A DNA stretch of 64,000 nt from Octopus sinensis (Eukaryota), in the NCBI RefSeq assembly GCF_006345805.1, contig NC_043019.1, positions 7,067,360 through 7,131,359 of the forward strand, in the 5' to 3' direction. Shown piece by piece: positions 1 through 13,074 of the stretch; the stretch's first letter is position 1, and every line of letters starts with the position of its first letter. Below the pieces are notes generated by a model. That model made no database searches and had not been told where the DNA came from. It saw nothing but the letters and a program-made list of their open reading frames with translations. The position numbers and the translations under genes were made by a program.

Positions 1-1135
1 TGACTGGATGCTAAAGCTCGTGGAAAATCACGAGAGACGAAAGAAGCTTCATTCTATCATAAAGGAAAGCAAAAAAATTGCTATTGATCTCGTGCAGGAT
101 ACCCAAACTGAACAACCCGAGGGAAGTACGGCAACTATTGTTGCAAAGAAGGTGAAAATGATGGCAATGAAAAAAGCGCACGAGCAATTGGCTGATAGGT
201 GGGAGGAGAAACCTCTGCACGGCAAATATGTGACCCGCAGCAAACAAGCTGATGTTGACCAGAAGCAAACCCATCAGTGGCTACGGAGCTCAGGGCTAAA
301 AGCAGAGAGCGAAGGTTTCATTCTGGCTGCTCAAGATCAAAGCCTATTAACCCGGAACTACCAGGCCAATGTGATGAAAAATGGAGCAGACCCAAAATGC
401 CGATTCTGCAACGACATGATTGAAACAGTGGACCGCCTAATCTCTGGATGTAAAGTCTTAGCACCAGTGGAGTATAAATTAAGACATGACAGAGTTGGCC
501 AATATCTCCACTGGTTAATAAGTCGGCATTACAATAGCAAAACTGCCGACAAGTGGTATAATCACCACCCTGAGGCTGTAACTGAAGGATAAAATGTAGC
601 CATTCTGTGGGACTTTCCAGTACATACAGACCGAACCATCAAGGCCAATAAACCAGATATTGTTGTGAAAGACCAAAACAATAAAGTTTGCTAATTGATC
701 GACATGAGCATCCCCTGTGATCATAATATCTCAGCGAAAGAGTTTGACAAGCTCAGAAAATATAAAGACCTACTCATTGAAATTAAGAAAATGTGGCATC
801 TCAAGGCGGTTACAATACCAGTGATCGTAGGAGCACTAGGAATGATCAAGAAGGGAACCGAAAATTATATGAGAATGATCCATGGCTTACCATCCCTGCA
901 AGAAGTGCAAAAGATTGTCTTAACTGGTACATCACACGTATTGAGAAGAGCATTGTCGATGTGAGAACTGTTGCTCCTCATGTATTTTAATTTAACTTTA
1001 AAAAAAAAAAAAAAAAAATGAACGAACTACTGAGTTTGGTTTAATGGCCTACCAATGTATACTATGAGTTTTTTTGCCCTAGGAGTCGGGAAGACACTCT
1101 GCAAGAAATGGAAGCAAATTTGAAAGAAGAAGAAA
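1..1135 (+). mobile_element. 3' part of an R4/Dong-like non-LTR retrotransposon (family I): zinc knuckle, RLE domain and 3' UTR; pseudogenised
   Basis: ORFs 8-592 and 695-964 share one frame, broken by TAA at 590-592 and 692-694. Motifs: CRFC..ETVDRLISGC (degenerate CCHC), RHDRVGQYLHW, NKPDIVV, IDMSIPCD..KEFDKLRKYKDL, IPVIVGALGMI. Followed directly by (AAT)n. Confidence 0.9.
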
Positions 1136-1166
<31 letters not shown>

Positions 1167-1213
1167 TTAATAATAATAATATTAACAATATTAATATTAA
1201 TAATAATAATAAC

Positions 1214-1267
<54 letters not shown>

Positions 1268-1273
1268 AACAAC
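1136..1273. repeat. (AAT)n microsatellite
   Basis: Seen directly in the sequence. Confidence 0.95.
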
Positions 1274-2146
1274 AAAATAGCGTGCTGCTAAATGACCACT
1301 GCAGGCTGGTAAAGCATTTGGGACGGCACAGGACGATGCATTATGGGATTACATTAACGTGTGTAAAATGTGATGTAACACATACAAAAGACAAACTATT
1401 CAAGCAGAGTATAATTGCTAAAAGTGGGAAGACCTCTGGGGGCTATTCGTGGAAACGCTACAAAATCACGGTCACCATGGCCACTAAATGAAGTGACATT
1501 TACCGTTTCTCCACCAGTCTCCACGACCAGGTAGCGAAAGCGCGACACGATCAGGTAGCAAAAGGGTTATATTGGAAACGGTGTGAAAAGAGGGGGCTAG
1601 AGTGAAGCAAGGCGTCATATGAACACAAACGGCAGTGCGTGGTGGTGGTGGTGGTGGTGTTGGAGACATGTAAAGTCATCTGACATTTCTCAATCCAAAC
1701 GGATCAGGTGCAAGAGCATAACAGACCGGACCTATTGGTGGTGGACAATGTGCACCACATGTGCTGTACAGTTGATGTTATATACCCCTTTGATCCGCGA
1801 ATAATCAAGAAGGAAAGCGAAAAGATAGATAGATACAACCCTCTCAAGTACAAAATAGCCCGGCTATAGAAAATGAAGAAGGTGAAGATAGTGCCAATCA
1901 TTATTAAGTCCTTGGGAACAGTATCAGAAAGTATCAGGAGGAATATAAAGAAAATTGAAATAGAGTACCTAGTAGAATTGTAACGAAAGCTTTGTCACCT
2001 TGGCATGGCCAGAATAATCAGGAAAGTATTAGATAACCGAAAAGAACGGATAGCATGGTACCGTAGGCTGCAGGTAGCAAGCTCGCTACGCATGCAAGAC
2101 TGCAGGAGCTCTAACAAAACCTGTGATAAAGAGAAATACTAATAAT
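1274..2146 (+). mobile_element. Degraded R4/Dong-like element (family II), 3' portion
   Basis: Manual translation: RHDQVAKGLYWKRCEKRG from 1543; HNRPDLLVVD..VDVIYPFD..KESEKIDRYNPLKYKIARL*KMKKVKIVPIIIKSLG from 1717. Stops and frameshifts present; ends in an AAT-like tail. Confidence 0.8.
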
Positions 2147-2149
2147 AAA

Positions 2150-2710
2150 TCTTCTGATACTGTACCAGGCACTGGCTCTCATGGTCTCTCATCTTAAATG
2201 ATTGGAAGTGTCATCATGTACAATGATTTATCTTGTTATAAAACATGGGCCACAGCAAATATTCTGCTCAATACCACAGATTTGCTTGTCAGTTGTTTGA
2301 CCATAACCATTTGAGCATGTTCTTTGGTGGCTGACAATAAGTGCATCTCTTATCCCGTGTAGAAGTAGTGGGGGAGCATCATAGCCATGTGTTGAGAGGG
2401 ATTCTTTGGGGATTTAAATAATTCACTTTTGGAAACATAGGTAGTTTCTTCACCATTCTTAAACAACCCTCATTCAGGAACCTGTTCAGCGGGATGGGTT
2501 ACTCAATCAGAAGAAAATTTTAACTGGGCCCTCACCTGTAAGGTCATGTGCTGTTTATCTTGATATGAGATCACCATGTCGCGCACATATGGTTGTGATG
2601 CATGTGCCTGGTGTACCCTTATCAGACGGGTAGTCATGACGGGTATACTGGGCTTCGTATATTTTACCCCAATGTCACTTTGATGGCATGCACTGCTCAG
2701 TCACTCACTC
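2150..2710 (+). mobile_element. Unclassified interspersed repeat ending in a (CAA)n/(TAA)n tail; probably the 3' end of a non-LTR element
   Basis: Non-coding block followed by (CAA)/(TAA) at 2710-2822; resembles a common octopus repeat recalled from memory. Confidence 0.4.
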
Positions 2711-2755
<45 letters not shown>

Positions 2756-2969
2756 AATAATAATAATAATCGTTTCTATTTTTCTTTTCTAATAATAATA
2801 ATAATAATAATAACAATAATAATTCTGTAGAACAAAACTTTGTAAAAATCCCAAATCCTGGCATTTATTTACCTCCCTAGACTTAATACCAACTTGAACT
2901 TCAAACTTGTTGTGTCTTTAGGTCTCTTAGTGAGAATAGGTGTCAACTTGTATAAGCATAAACCAATAT

Positions 2970-3080
2970 CTACTACTACTACTACTACCACCACCACCAC
3001 CACCACCATCACTACTACTACTACTACTACTACTACAACTACTAATACTAATAATAATAATAATAATGATGATGATAACA

Positions 3081-3162
<82 letters not shown>

Positions 3163-3181
3163 TAATAATAATAATAATAAC

Positions 3182-3220
<39 letters not shown>
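2970..3220. repeat. Compound (ACT)/(ACC)/(AAT) microsatellite
   Basis: Seen directly in the sequence. Confidence 0.95.
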
Positions 3221-3943
3221 CAGAATTCCCCACCAGAAATTGCCAAAAACATGTAATGAAAAGAAATATTACAAGTAACTGCAGAATATGTGGAGATGGA
3301 CAAGAAACAATAAATCATATTATCTCTAGCTGCCCAGTCCTGGCTAAGAAGGAATATATTCACAGACATGACAGAGTTGGAACCTACATACATTGGAAGC
3401 TATGCCAACATTATGGAATAACAACAGAAAAAAGATGGTATAGGCACACACCAGAAAAGGTCACAGAAAACGAGAAAGCAGCCATACTCTGGGATATGCC
3501 GATACACACAGATAGAAAAATTAAGGCCAACAGACCAGATATAGTTGTCAGAGATCATGAAGAAAAAAAATGCTTTCTAATTGATGTATCAATACCAGCA
3601 GATGACAACGTGTCTCTAAAAGAAATGGAGAAACTCTCAAAATACAAAGACCTGGAAATAGAGGTAACTAGAATGTGGAACCTGAAAACAGAAACAATTC
3701 CTATCATAGTAGGTGCATTAGGCATGATAAAAAAATATTCAGACAAATACATAACAAAAACACCAAGACTTACAAACACATATAACATACAGAAAATTGC
3801 ACTACTAGGCACTGCACACATCCTACGCAGAACACTTTCCATACAATAACCATCAGAGCATCACAACAAATCACAGCACATACCCAAGGCACACAGAGCT
3901 GCGCTCGGTAGTGAAGTGAAAGCACGCTATAAAAATAAAACTA

Positions 3944-3946
<3 letters not shown>
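3221..3946 (+). mobile_element. 5'-truncated Dong/R4-like element (family III, copy 1) with an open C-terminal reading frame
   Basis: ORF 3256-3849: CRICGDGQETINHIISSC (CCHC), RHDRVGTYIHW, NRPDIVV, IDVSIPAD..KEMEKLSKYKDL. About 100 bp of 3' UTR; (AAT)n on both sides. Confidence 0.92.
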
Positions 3947-4031
<85 letters not shown>

Positions 4032-4036
4032 TAACA
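3947..4036. repeat. (AAT)n microsatellite
   Basis: Seen directly in the sequence. Confidence 0.95.
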
Positions 4037-5557
4037 TTATTTTTACGGATGTACATAGAAACAGTAATGTTTATAGTATGGACATTATTACGTTCCGTGT
4101 ATGCTTTATGGTCCCTCTTCAGATGCCGCGAGATTTCAGCCACATTCTGTTGCAACTAAGCCAAACTAAAGGCTGTGACATGTGTGTCAACAGTTTGCTA
4201 AAATACTTTTTATAAGCTGAAGTGGCTCCCGTGAATTGAAGTCCTGTGTTTAATGGATCCTCTCTTGAAGACCAACATAGATTAATAGACGTTATCAGCT
4301 CTGAACAAATCGAAAATAACAAATCACAACATTATGATACCCGAGTTCTATTATCCAATTAAATTATTTCCTTCACGCTTGGATATTCACAACAATGGAC
4401 TGCACGGGATTAAATAAATAATGTATCTTTACAAAATACAGAGGGACGGTACCATCGCGGAATGGACAAGTGGAAAAGGAAATTGAATTATATAATAGTG
4501 GTTTTACGCAGCGAACCAAGTAAAACAACGCAAATGACAATATACAGCCATTCTAGTAACATTAGCAAATATACGTACTGTGTGTCGAACAAACACAATA
4601 TGTACAAGGATAATGCTTTGTGGCAAATACTCGAATGCTTAACCGAAAATTAACCGCTTACATAATACATTAAATCGCTAGAATATTCAGGTTTTATGGT
4701 ACTCTTAAAACTGCGCTGCTGAAAGCAATGCGCAAAAATTTATAGATCAATAAGTGTTAATAACATAGAATTTGATAAGATAAGAACTGAAATAACGTTA
4801 AACACATTTCGGAAAACCATTTTTTTATTTTTTTTATCGAGAATCTAAATAACACGAAAAAAAAATGTAATAAAAAAGATAATAAATAACCGGCTGAAAA
4901 GGAAAATGTAGTAACAATAGAATTTGGTGGGGAAATATATTTAAAAAGGGATCTTTTCAAACATTACGCTATCTGATTTGCAGATTGTTGTAAAGAGATT
5001 AAAAAAATGGAAATGTTTTGGCATCGATGTGACAACCTCTACTTAGAAAATGTTGCTAAACATACTGAAAAATTCGATAACAGCTCTCTTGAATGGTTCG
5101 GATCGAGAGCCTGTATGGAGGCGTGCAGCTGTGAGTAATGATCGTAGGTAGGAAAGGACCTGTCAATCCTTAATATGACCTTAAAACTAACCATAACCTG
5201 GCAGGACCCAATCACTTGTCTGTTATGAATCTATAAACTGCGCTCAAACCTGCGATCTAACTTTCATTTAATATTTGCCAAAGAGGGAGAAGAAAATTGT
5301 AAATTTTGTAGTCGATGTCCTGCAGAGTAATCAACTAATTACACCGTTAATTAAATTGCACAAGATGAAGCCAAAATAAAGGTAAGGAACCTACCATGAT
5401 ACATGCATCAATGTCAGGAAGTCTTTGGTGACGCATGACATATGACAAATCTATCTAGGTTCTGGAAGTACGCCAGTCTAACAAACTGATTATGTAACCA
5501 TACATATCTTACGGTCAGTATAAATACCAAAATAGCCCACCACCACCACCGCCGCCG

Positions 5558-5873
5558 CCTCAGTCATAAATGACGATGGTATTGCACCTAGAAAGATCTT
5601 CTGCAAGGCACAAGTCCGGACGAAGCTGCTTATCGAAGACCAACAATCACCTATGCACACCAGCCTCTCCTCTCCACGCCACCGGTGTTATACAAAGGGA
5701 AAGGCAAAGGGGCCAAAACAAAGGGGCACCAACGACATCGCCAATCATTTCTACAGATCAGTGAAGTGAAGCAGCGTGAAATAAAGTGTCTTGCGCAAGA
5801 ACACAACGCGCAGCCCGATCCGGGAATCGAACTCACTACCTCATGATTGTGAGTTCGACGCTCTAACCACTGA
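5558..5873 (-). mobile_element. tRNA-derived SINE (family E)
   Basis: tRNA-like head with a B-box-like GTTCGATTCCC on the minus strand; homologous to 19984-20307. Confidence 0.8.
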
Positions 5874-6049
5874 AAGTCGAATTAAAATTCCTTCGCTCTA
5901 TATTATATATCTCGCCCTTCCGGGTCACAACAGCAGCTGCCACGTCTCTGTCCTTCGTGCTTGCTATCCAACTCGTTTCCTGCTCAAATCCCAGCTGCCG
6001 GATGTTTCTCTGTCGCTCAATGTTTATCAAGACTCAATGAGTGTATAGG

Positions 6050-6059
6050 ACGACAATGG

Positions 6060-6093
<34 letters not shown>

Positions 6094-6495
6094 AGGCATG
6101 ATGGTGATGATGGTGATGATGATGGTGGTGGTTGTGGTGATGATGATGATGGTGGTGGTAGTGGTGGTGGTGGTGGTGGTGGTGGTGATGATGATGATGA
6201 TGACGACGACGACGCCAATGACGATAGCGATGATGACATTGACGATGATGGTGGTGGTGGTGGCAGTCATCTTTCATGGTAATGACGATGAAGACGATGA
6301 CGACGACGACGACGGCAATGGTGACAACGATGATGACGGCGATGATGATGACGATGATGATGACAATGATGATGAGGAGGATGATGAAGATGATGACGCC
6401 GCCAACAACGATACCTATGATGGAGGAGGTGGTGGTGGTGGTGGTGGCAGTCATCTATCGTGGTAATGATAATGATGATGATGATGATGATGATA
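6050..6495. repeat. Compound (GAT)/(GGT)/(GAC) trinucleotide array
   Basis: Seen directly; source of the poly-M/V/D/H ORFs. Confidence 0.95.
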
Positions 6496-6796
6496 AGCTT
6501 ATATGCAATTCAGAGTTTAAAAAAAACTGCGTTAGGGCAAGCTTAAAGATATGGATATTAATTAATTAATGAAAAAACGTAAAGTCATGGTAGATAAATA
6601 ATTAAAGAGAAAATAAGCGAACCAAATATAGAAATGGAAACAGTCAGGAATCAATAAGCTTAGACGCAATCCAAGACACGCAAAGGAAGTGAAAATTGCG
6701 AAAAGAGTATTATAAATGTATTAGATTAATTCTTTAAACAGAGCGAAATGGAAGAAGAAAAGTAATAACTATTCACAATTAGACGTTAATGTACGT

Positions 6797-6887
6797 GGAC
6801 GTGCAATGGCACAGTGGTTAGGGCGGCGGACTCGCGTCGTAGGACCGCGGTTTCAATTCTCAGACCGGGTATTGTGAGTGTTTATTC
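6797..6887 (+). mobile_element. tRNA-like head of SINE family C (truncated)
   Basis: Matches the 5' end of the 21343-21726 element. Confidence 0.7.
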
Positions 6888-6937
6888 TTCACTGACCAAA
6901 TTGTTTTCACATATATACACACACGCACACATACATA

Positions 6938-7093
6938 TATACGACGGGCTTCTTTCAGTTTCCATCTACCTAATCCACTCACAAGGTTTGGGTCGGCCCG
7001 AGGCTATAGTAGAAGACACTTGCTCAAGGTGGCACGCAGTGGGACTGAACCCGGAACCAAGTGGTTGGTAAGCAAGCTATTTAACACACAGCC
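6938..7093 (-). mobile_element. 5' half of SINE family B (tRNA head plus CORE-like segment)
   Basis: Reverse complement of 57072-57220. Confidence 0.8.
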
Positions 7094-7309
7094 GCTCCTT
7101 TGAACTTTTTGAATACTGTGAAACCGGATAAAGATTTAACCATAAAAAATAATACTAACATATTCTAACTATTCTCAGTTCAAATTTTAAACAATAGTCG
7201 AGCAGATATTAATGTCAAGGACAAGTGGAAAAGTTAGTGCCTCGTAATTGACATTTTGGCATCCGCAGACAATAAAGCTATTGAAATATAATGACAATTA
7301 CGTTAGTAA

Positions 7310-7690
7310 TAATAATGTTGAATTTTAGCCCACGACTAATATTTTCAAGAAGGGCAATCATAAGTCGATTACGTCAACCTCCGTATTCCACTGGTACTTA
7401 TTTTATCGACTAGGAAAGCCGAAAGGCAAAGTCGGTTGTGGTAGAATTTGAGCACAGAACCTAAATACGGACGAAATACCTTTGAAGGTTTTTCGCAAAA
7501 CACGTTTTATTTATTTTTTTATTTTTGGTGGTGATCGTGGTGAAGGGTCTGTCGATTACACAGGACTACGGTGTTCAACTGGTGCTTATTTTACCGATTC
7601 TGAAAGGATAAAAGAACGTAAAGACGGACGAAATGCCACTGAGCAGTTTATCCAACGTGCTCATGATTCATCCAACACGCCGCCCTAATT
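7310..7690 (-). mobile_element. Two degraded family A SINE fragments
   Basis: Degenerate ctggtacttattttatcgac..gaaaggcaaagtcg core, present twice. Confidence 0.55.
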
Positions 7691-8572
7691 ATATTAACTA
7701 TAGCAGGTAGCACAGTCATTAGAATGTCGAAAAACTGCTAAATGCCTTTGCTTTTGTCTCCTCACCGTTGCATACCCTGTCTTGGTTCGTTTACGTCCAT
7801 GTAACTTGATGCCCTAAGCAGCAAAAGAAACTCATTGAATGAATATCAAACTTAAAATAAACACCCGACGTTGATTTAAAATTTTTTTTTGCCTAATTCT
7901 CCAAGGCTCTGAACCAAAAATGCCCCAATTCAACGACTATCATAACTAAAGAATAAACAAGCATACACTAAATACAACATCCGACAGGGGTCAACTTTAG
8001 TTTACACCCTTTTGGGGTCGACGAAGAAAGTACCAGTCAAATGCTGTTTGAAAACCTCCGAGTAAGGTCAATCTACTCGTTACATATGGTATATGTGAAT
8101 CTCCAACTACCTTTAGTATCCTAAAAATGCCAAGCAAATATTTCTGTCTGAGAGACATCAGAATAACGTGTGATAAACCTGACATCGTGTAATAAACCTG
8201 ATAACGCGTAATAATCCTGAAATCGTCTCTCATGACAATTACAGCAGTGATTTATAATGATTGACCCAGCATTAGCAGATAATATTATTGTTGTATAAAA
8301 GAGAGCAGAAAATCTAAGGATCAGCAGAAACAAAGCAATTAAGTAATGTATCTCTTTTATTTGTAATGGTTATTTGTTATTGATACAGTGGGAATGATCA
8401 GCCACTGTTTCTTTAATTATGCTAACGTGTTACCTGTAATGAGAGAAATAGGCACGTTCAAGAAAGCACTGTTACAAGCATCTATAAATAATGTTAGGTA
8501 ATTCACAGAGAATAATCGGTCCAAAATAGTTTTTTTCTGAAGACAGAACATCACGTAATTATCACACTGTGC

Positions 8573-8663
<91 letters not shown>
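8573..8663. repeat. (AAT)n microsatellite
   Basis: Seen directly in the sequence. Confidence 0.95.
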
Positions 8664-8665
<2 letters not shown>

Positions 8666-9207
8666 CCAACATTATGGAATAACAACAGAAAAAAGATGGT
8701 ATAGGCACACACCAGAAAAGGACACAGAAAACGAGAAAGCAACCATACTCTGGGATATGCCAATACACACAGATAGAGAAATTAAGGCCAACAGACCAGA
8801 TATAGTTGTCAGAGATCATGAAGAAAAAATATGCTTTCTAATTGATGTATCAATACCAGCAGATGACAACGTGTCTCTAAAAGAAATGGAGAAACTTTCA
8901 AAATACAAAGACCTGGAAATAGAGGTAATCAGAATGTGGAATCTAAAAGCAGAAACAGTTCCTATCATAATAGTCGCATTAGGCATGATAAAAAAATATT
9001 CAGACACATACATAACAAAAACACCAGGACTTACAAACACATATAACATACAGAAAATTGCACTACTAGGCACTGCACACATCCTACGCAGAACACTTTC
9101 CATACAATAACCATCAGAGCATCACAACAAACCAGAGCACATACCCAAGGCACACAGAGCTGCGCTCGGTAGTGAAGTGAAAGCACGATATAAAAAATAT
9201 ACTACTG
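8664..9207 (+). mobile_element. 5'-truncated Dong/R4-like element (family III, copy 2)
   Basis: About 95% identical by eye to 3403-3946; ORF 8757-9110 encodes the RLE domain; AAT repeats on both sides. Confidence 0.92.
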
Positions 9208-9230
9208 AATAATATTAATAATAATAAATA

Positions 9231-9425
9231 CAACAAATTCCAAAATTAGGCATACCAGAAACAAGTACAGAAAAAGCTAAGCGTATGAAAACCCGTGCTA
9301 AGACTGTTACCTTAGATATTCCTACTGATAAATGGCAAGAAAACCCTCTCAATTGCAAATTCCCAAATAGAGCTAATAGTGCAGATGTTGGCAAATCCCT
9401 TACCAATCAATTGTTAGACAGTTAA
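9231..9425 (+). mobile_element. R4-like internal fragment (post-RT region)
   Basis: Translates ..DKWQENPLNCKFPNRANSADVGKSLTNQLLDS*, aligning with DRWEEKPLHGKYVTRSKQADVDQKQTHQWLRSS of the 1-964 copy. Confidence 0.7.
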
Positions 9426-9469
9426 TAAAGAAAAGTTTATGAAGCGCGTGATAGGAGAAAAGGACAAAA

Positions 9470-10080
9470 ATGAATGCCCGTCAGACACACCGAAGAGAAA
9501 CCTTTCCATGGCCAATTTTGGAGATCCACTGAACTTGGAACGAGACAGTGGCACACATTGTGGAAGAATGCCCCAAATTGGCACAGAAAGAATGTAAGAA
9601 ATTAAGGCACGACTATGTTGTAAAAGTAATATTCTGGAAACTGTGCCAGAAATGGGGATTTGAAGCAGGAAACACATGGAACAATCACTGAGTCGAAAGA
9701 GCACTGGAGTCGGAGAAATGAAGGATGTTGTGGGACTTTCCTACTGAAACGGACTAGAGGTTAGAAAGTAATTGATCAGACAGTTGCTTATTTATCGAGC
9801 AATCATGACCGTTTGATTCAAAGGTCTTAACGAAAGAGGAAGGAGACCAATAACAGCGCATAATACATCCCCTTAAAGTTTGAAATAGGAAGAATTTGGA
9901 GCATGCGAACAGTCAGGGTGGTGCCTATAATGATTGGTGCGTTGGAAACAATAAGCAAAGATAGAATCAGATGTTTGAAGAAGATTGAGAAAGAACGCCC
10001 GGTGGAGCTCCTACAAATTTTGTCTCTTAGGGACAGCGAAGATTATGAGGATGGTTCTAAGCACCTGAAAGACTGCTGAA
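9470..10080 (+). mobile_element. Degraded R4-like fragment (knuckle to RLE domain)
   Basis: CPKLAQKECKKLRHDYVVKVIFWKLCQKWG; RMLWDFP; PLKFEIGRIWSMRTVRVVPIMIGAL. Confidence 0.75.
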
Positions 10081-10187
10081 AACTTGAGGAAACCCACATA
10101 AATCCTACAAGGAATAAGACCGAACTTGAACCAAACCAAAATAACAACAACAACGACGACGACGACGTCGACAGCAACAACAACGCC

Positions 10188-10468
10188 TACTTTCTGATTG
10201 ACGTGGCAGTCCCTTCTGACCATAATATTGCCCAAAATGAAGTGGAGAAATTGTCAAAGTGCAAAGACATTGAAATTGAAGTATTCAAGATGTGGGGCCT
10301 GAAGGTGAAAACAATAACTATAATAATAGCTGGAGCAATGGGCATGATAGGATCATATAAACAAAAGCGTAGAAGCAATACCCGGATCCTCAATACTACA
10401 CGTAATCCCCCAGAATAGCCCTGCTTGGAATAGCCCACATTCTGCGCAAGATACTATCAATTCAATAA
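10188..10468 (+). mobile_element. R4-like RLE C-terminal fragment
   Basis: FLIDVAVPSDHNIAQNEVEKLSKCKDIEIEV..; after a frameshift IALLGIAHILRKILSIQ*, matching the family III C-terminus. Confidence 0.8.
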
Positions 10469-10794
10469 TACCACCGAAACAAAACAATCCACAAACATAA
10501 GACACACTCCCTGCAGCAAATATCCAGTAAAATAATAAACTGCCACCAGCAGGCTAGATATCCAACGCATTACACACACAACACACAATACAAACACTAT
10601 TACAACAAAAGACTGCACCACACGTCAAAAAAAAAAAGCAAAGAAACTAAAGCAATACAATATCGAGAAGAGTTGGCACACGACATCAACAACAACGAAA
10701 AACACACACACACACAATACTGTACACACCCCAGCAACACGGAGGTGTAGCAGGTGATGCAGCGGAAATCTGTCTGAAACTATCAAATGTTGAA

Positions 10795-10848
<54 letters not shown>

Positions 10849-10850
10849 CG

Positions 10851-11040
10851 AGGAATATAAATGAAATTGGAACAGAGTCCCAGTTGAACTGTTATAAAAG
10901 GTTTGCCTCCTTGGCACGGCCAGAATAACCAGGAGAGTTTTAGATAACTGAAAAGAACTAATAGTATGAATCCGTAGACTGAAGGTAGGAAGCACGCTAC
11001 ACATGCAAAACTCCGGGAGCAAAACTTGTGATAAAGAGAT
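10851..11040 (+). mobile_element. 3' end of an R4-like family II element, between (ACT)n and (AAT/GAT)n
   Basis: Homologous to 1937-2135 (ccttggcacggccagaataaccagg..tgtgataaagag). Confidence 0.75.
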
Positions 11041-11097
11041 AATAATAACAATGATGATGTTGATGATGATGATAATGTGGTGATGATGATGATGATA

Positions 11098-11474
11098 ATA
11101 GCAAAAGCACTCAGAGAGTGCAAACTTTCGTCAAGGCAACACAAACGTCCTCTAAACCAGCTGGAGATGGTTTTTAAAATGACAATATCTGAAATATACT
11201 CGACTGCTTTAACAAACGAGAATACTAAAAATGAATCAGGCCCGCTCTCAAAAATTAAAATAAAATGTAGGAAAAATAATCTAAAATCCTTGTCCGGTAC
11301 TGGTTTGATCCCCAAATCTAATCAATTCGTGCCAGTCACTAGGACAAACATCCCTGGGAGTTTCATCCGAATCCATCCAACGGTTCTTGAGATATCTTGT
11401 CCACGGTCAAACAAACGAACAAACAAACACGACTGAAAACAATACCACCGCTTTCACAAACGCGTAGGTAATAA
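11098..11474 (+). mobile_element. Possible Helentron-associated (HINE/DINE-like) non-autonomous element
   Basis: aaagcactcagagagtgc start, gagtttcatccgaatcc..ttgagatatc block, (CAAA)n, ..aggtaataa end; architecture recalled from memory. Confidence 0.4.
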
Positions 11475-12097
11475 TTCTTTCTGCTATAGTCACAATTCTT
11501 TCTAATTTTGGCAGAAGGACACAATTTTTGTAGCGAGTGGAAATCGTTTACATCAATCCCAGTGCCAAATTGGTATTTACTTTATCGATAACAAATAAAT
11601 GAAAGTAAAGTGAAATTAGGTGAAAATTGAACTCAGAACGTAACGATGGGAGAAATGCTGCTAAATCGCACACATTGACTCCTGTGCTCAAGTGATTCTG
11701 ATTCTATGGCCCTGAAAGAACGAAATGCGACGTTAACTTTAGCGCTGTTTGAAAGAAGATAAAAAAAGAAATCGATGAAATGCTGCTAAGTCGTTGGTGC
11801 AATGCTCCTCCTTGTTGTTTCTGATACAGGCACAAGATAGGCTGTTTTGATAACAGGAGACAGACAATGGCATTGACACCAGTAGACACCAGTACTTAGG
11901 ACGTACCCCATTTCATCCACCCGAAATTATGAAAAGTAACGTTAATGTTAGAATGGTTAAAATTATCGAGGAGTCCTACAACTTGAATGGAAGGAAAATG
12001 TACAGAAACTTATTTAGTCTTTAGGCAAGGAATTCGATTGTTGCACATAAGTGACAAAAGAGTTGGGAAAATATAATAGAATAAAAAAAATAAATGC

Positions 12098-12340
12098 GCC
12101 CTTTTCAAGCCTAGCCAGGCTCATGGGCCCGGTTTCCCGGTTTCAATGGCATATGTTCCCCAGCTAGATGGGACGCCAGTCCATCGCAGCGTTACTCATT
12201 TCTACCAGCTGAGTGTACTGGATCAACGTGAAATGAAGTGTTTTGCTCAAGAACAGAATGCGTCTCCCGGTCCAGGAATCGAAACCACAATCTTACGATC
12301 ATGATGCTGACACCCTAACCACTAAGCCACGCGCCTCCAC
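12098..12340 (-). mobile_element. tRNA-derived SINE (family D)
   Basis: Homologous to 21116-21330; candidate 11-bp TSD AAAATATAATA at 12068-12078 and 12345-12355. Confidence 0.8.
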
Positions 12341-12659
12341 TGGTAAAATATAATATTCAAATACTAAAGGTAGATTAGATTGCGTGTTAGTGACGTAATT
12401 TTACAAAGGTTTTCACCAAACCAATCGGGCAAACTAGACAGAGATGACTCGTGAATGTGTTTGTGTCATCATGGTGTTCATATGATGTAACCTTTCAGAC
12501 GTAAAGCGGAATCTGTCAGTGAGAGTGAGCGAGAGCAAAATACTAACCGTGAAAGAGTTGAAAAGAAAACGCAAAAAAGTTGGTCTGAAAATTCATGGGT
12601 TACGATATGAAATAAAGGATGTCTTTCAGGTGTCAGAAAAGTAATCCGAAGCATGTTTC

Positions 12660-12688
12660 AGAAAGAGTTCCTGCTGACAGAGAGACAC

Positions 12689-12733
<45 letters not shown>

Positions 12734-13050
12734 TGTGGATAGACAGAGATACAGAATGAGAGAGAAAGACATAGAGAAAGAAGGAGAAAGTGCAAGAGTG
12801 AGAGAATGTGAAAGAGAGACAGAGACAGACAAAGACAGGGAGAGAGAGAGAGAAAGACAATGAGAGACAAAGGAAGAGAAAGAGAGACGTGTGGATAGAC
12901 AGACATACAAAGTGAGAGAGAAAGACACAGAGAAGGAGGAGAGAATGTAGAGGACAGACAGAGACAGACAGAGAAAGAGAGGGAGGGAAAGATAGGGAGA
13001 GAGAAAGACAATGAGAGACAAAGGAAGAGAGAAGGAGAGAGAGGCGGAGT
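12660..13050. repeat. Degenerate (AG)-rich array with internal higher-order duplications
   Basis: gtggatagacaga and aaagacaatgagagacaaaggaagaga blocks each recur. Confidence 0.85.
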
Positions 13051-13074
13051 GACTGAGATCTAACATAGACTGGG

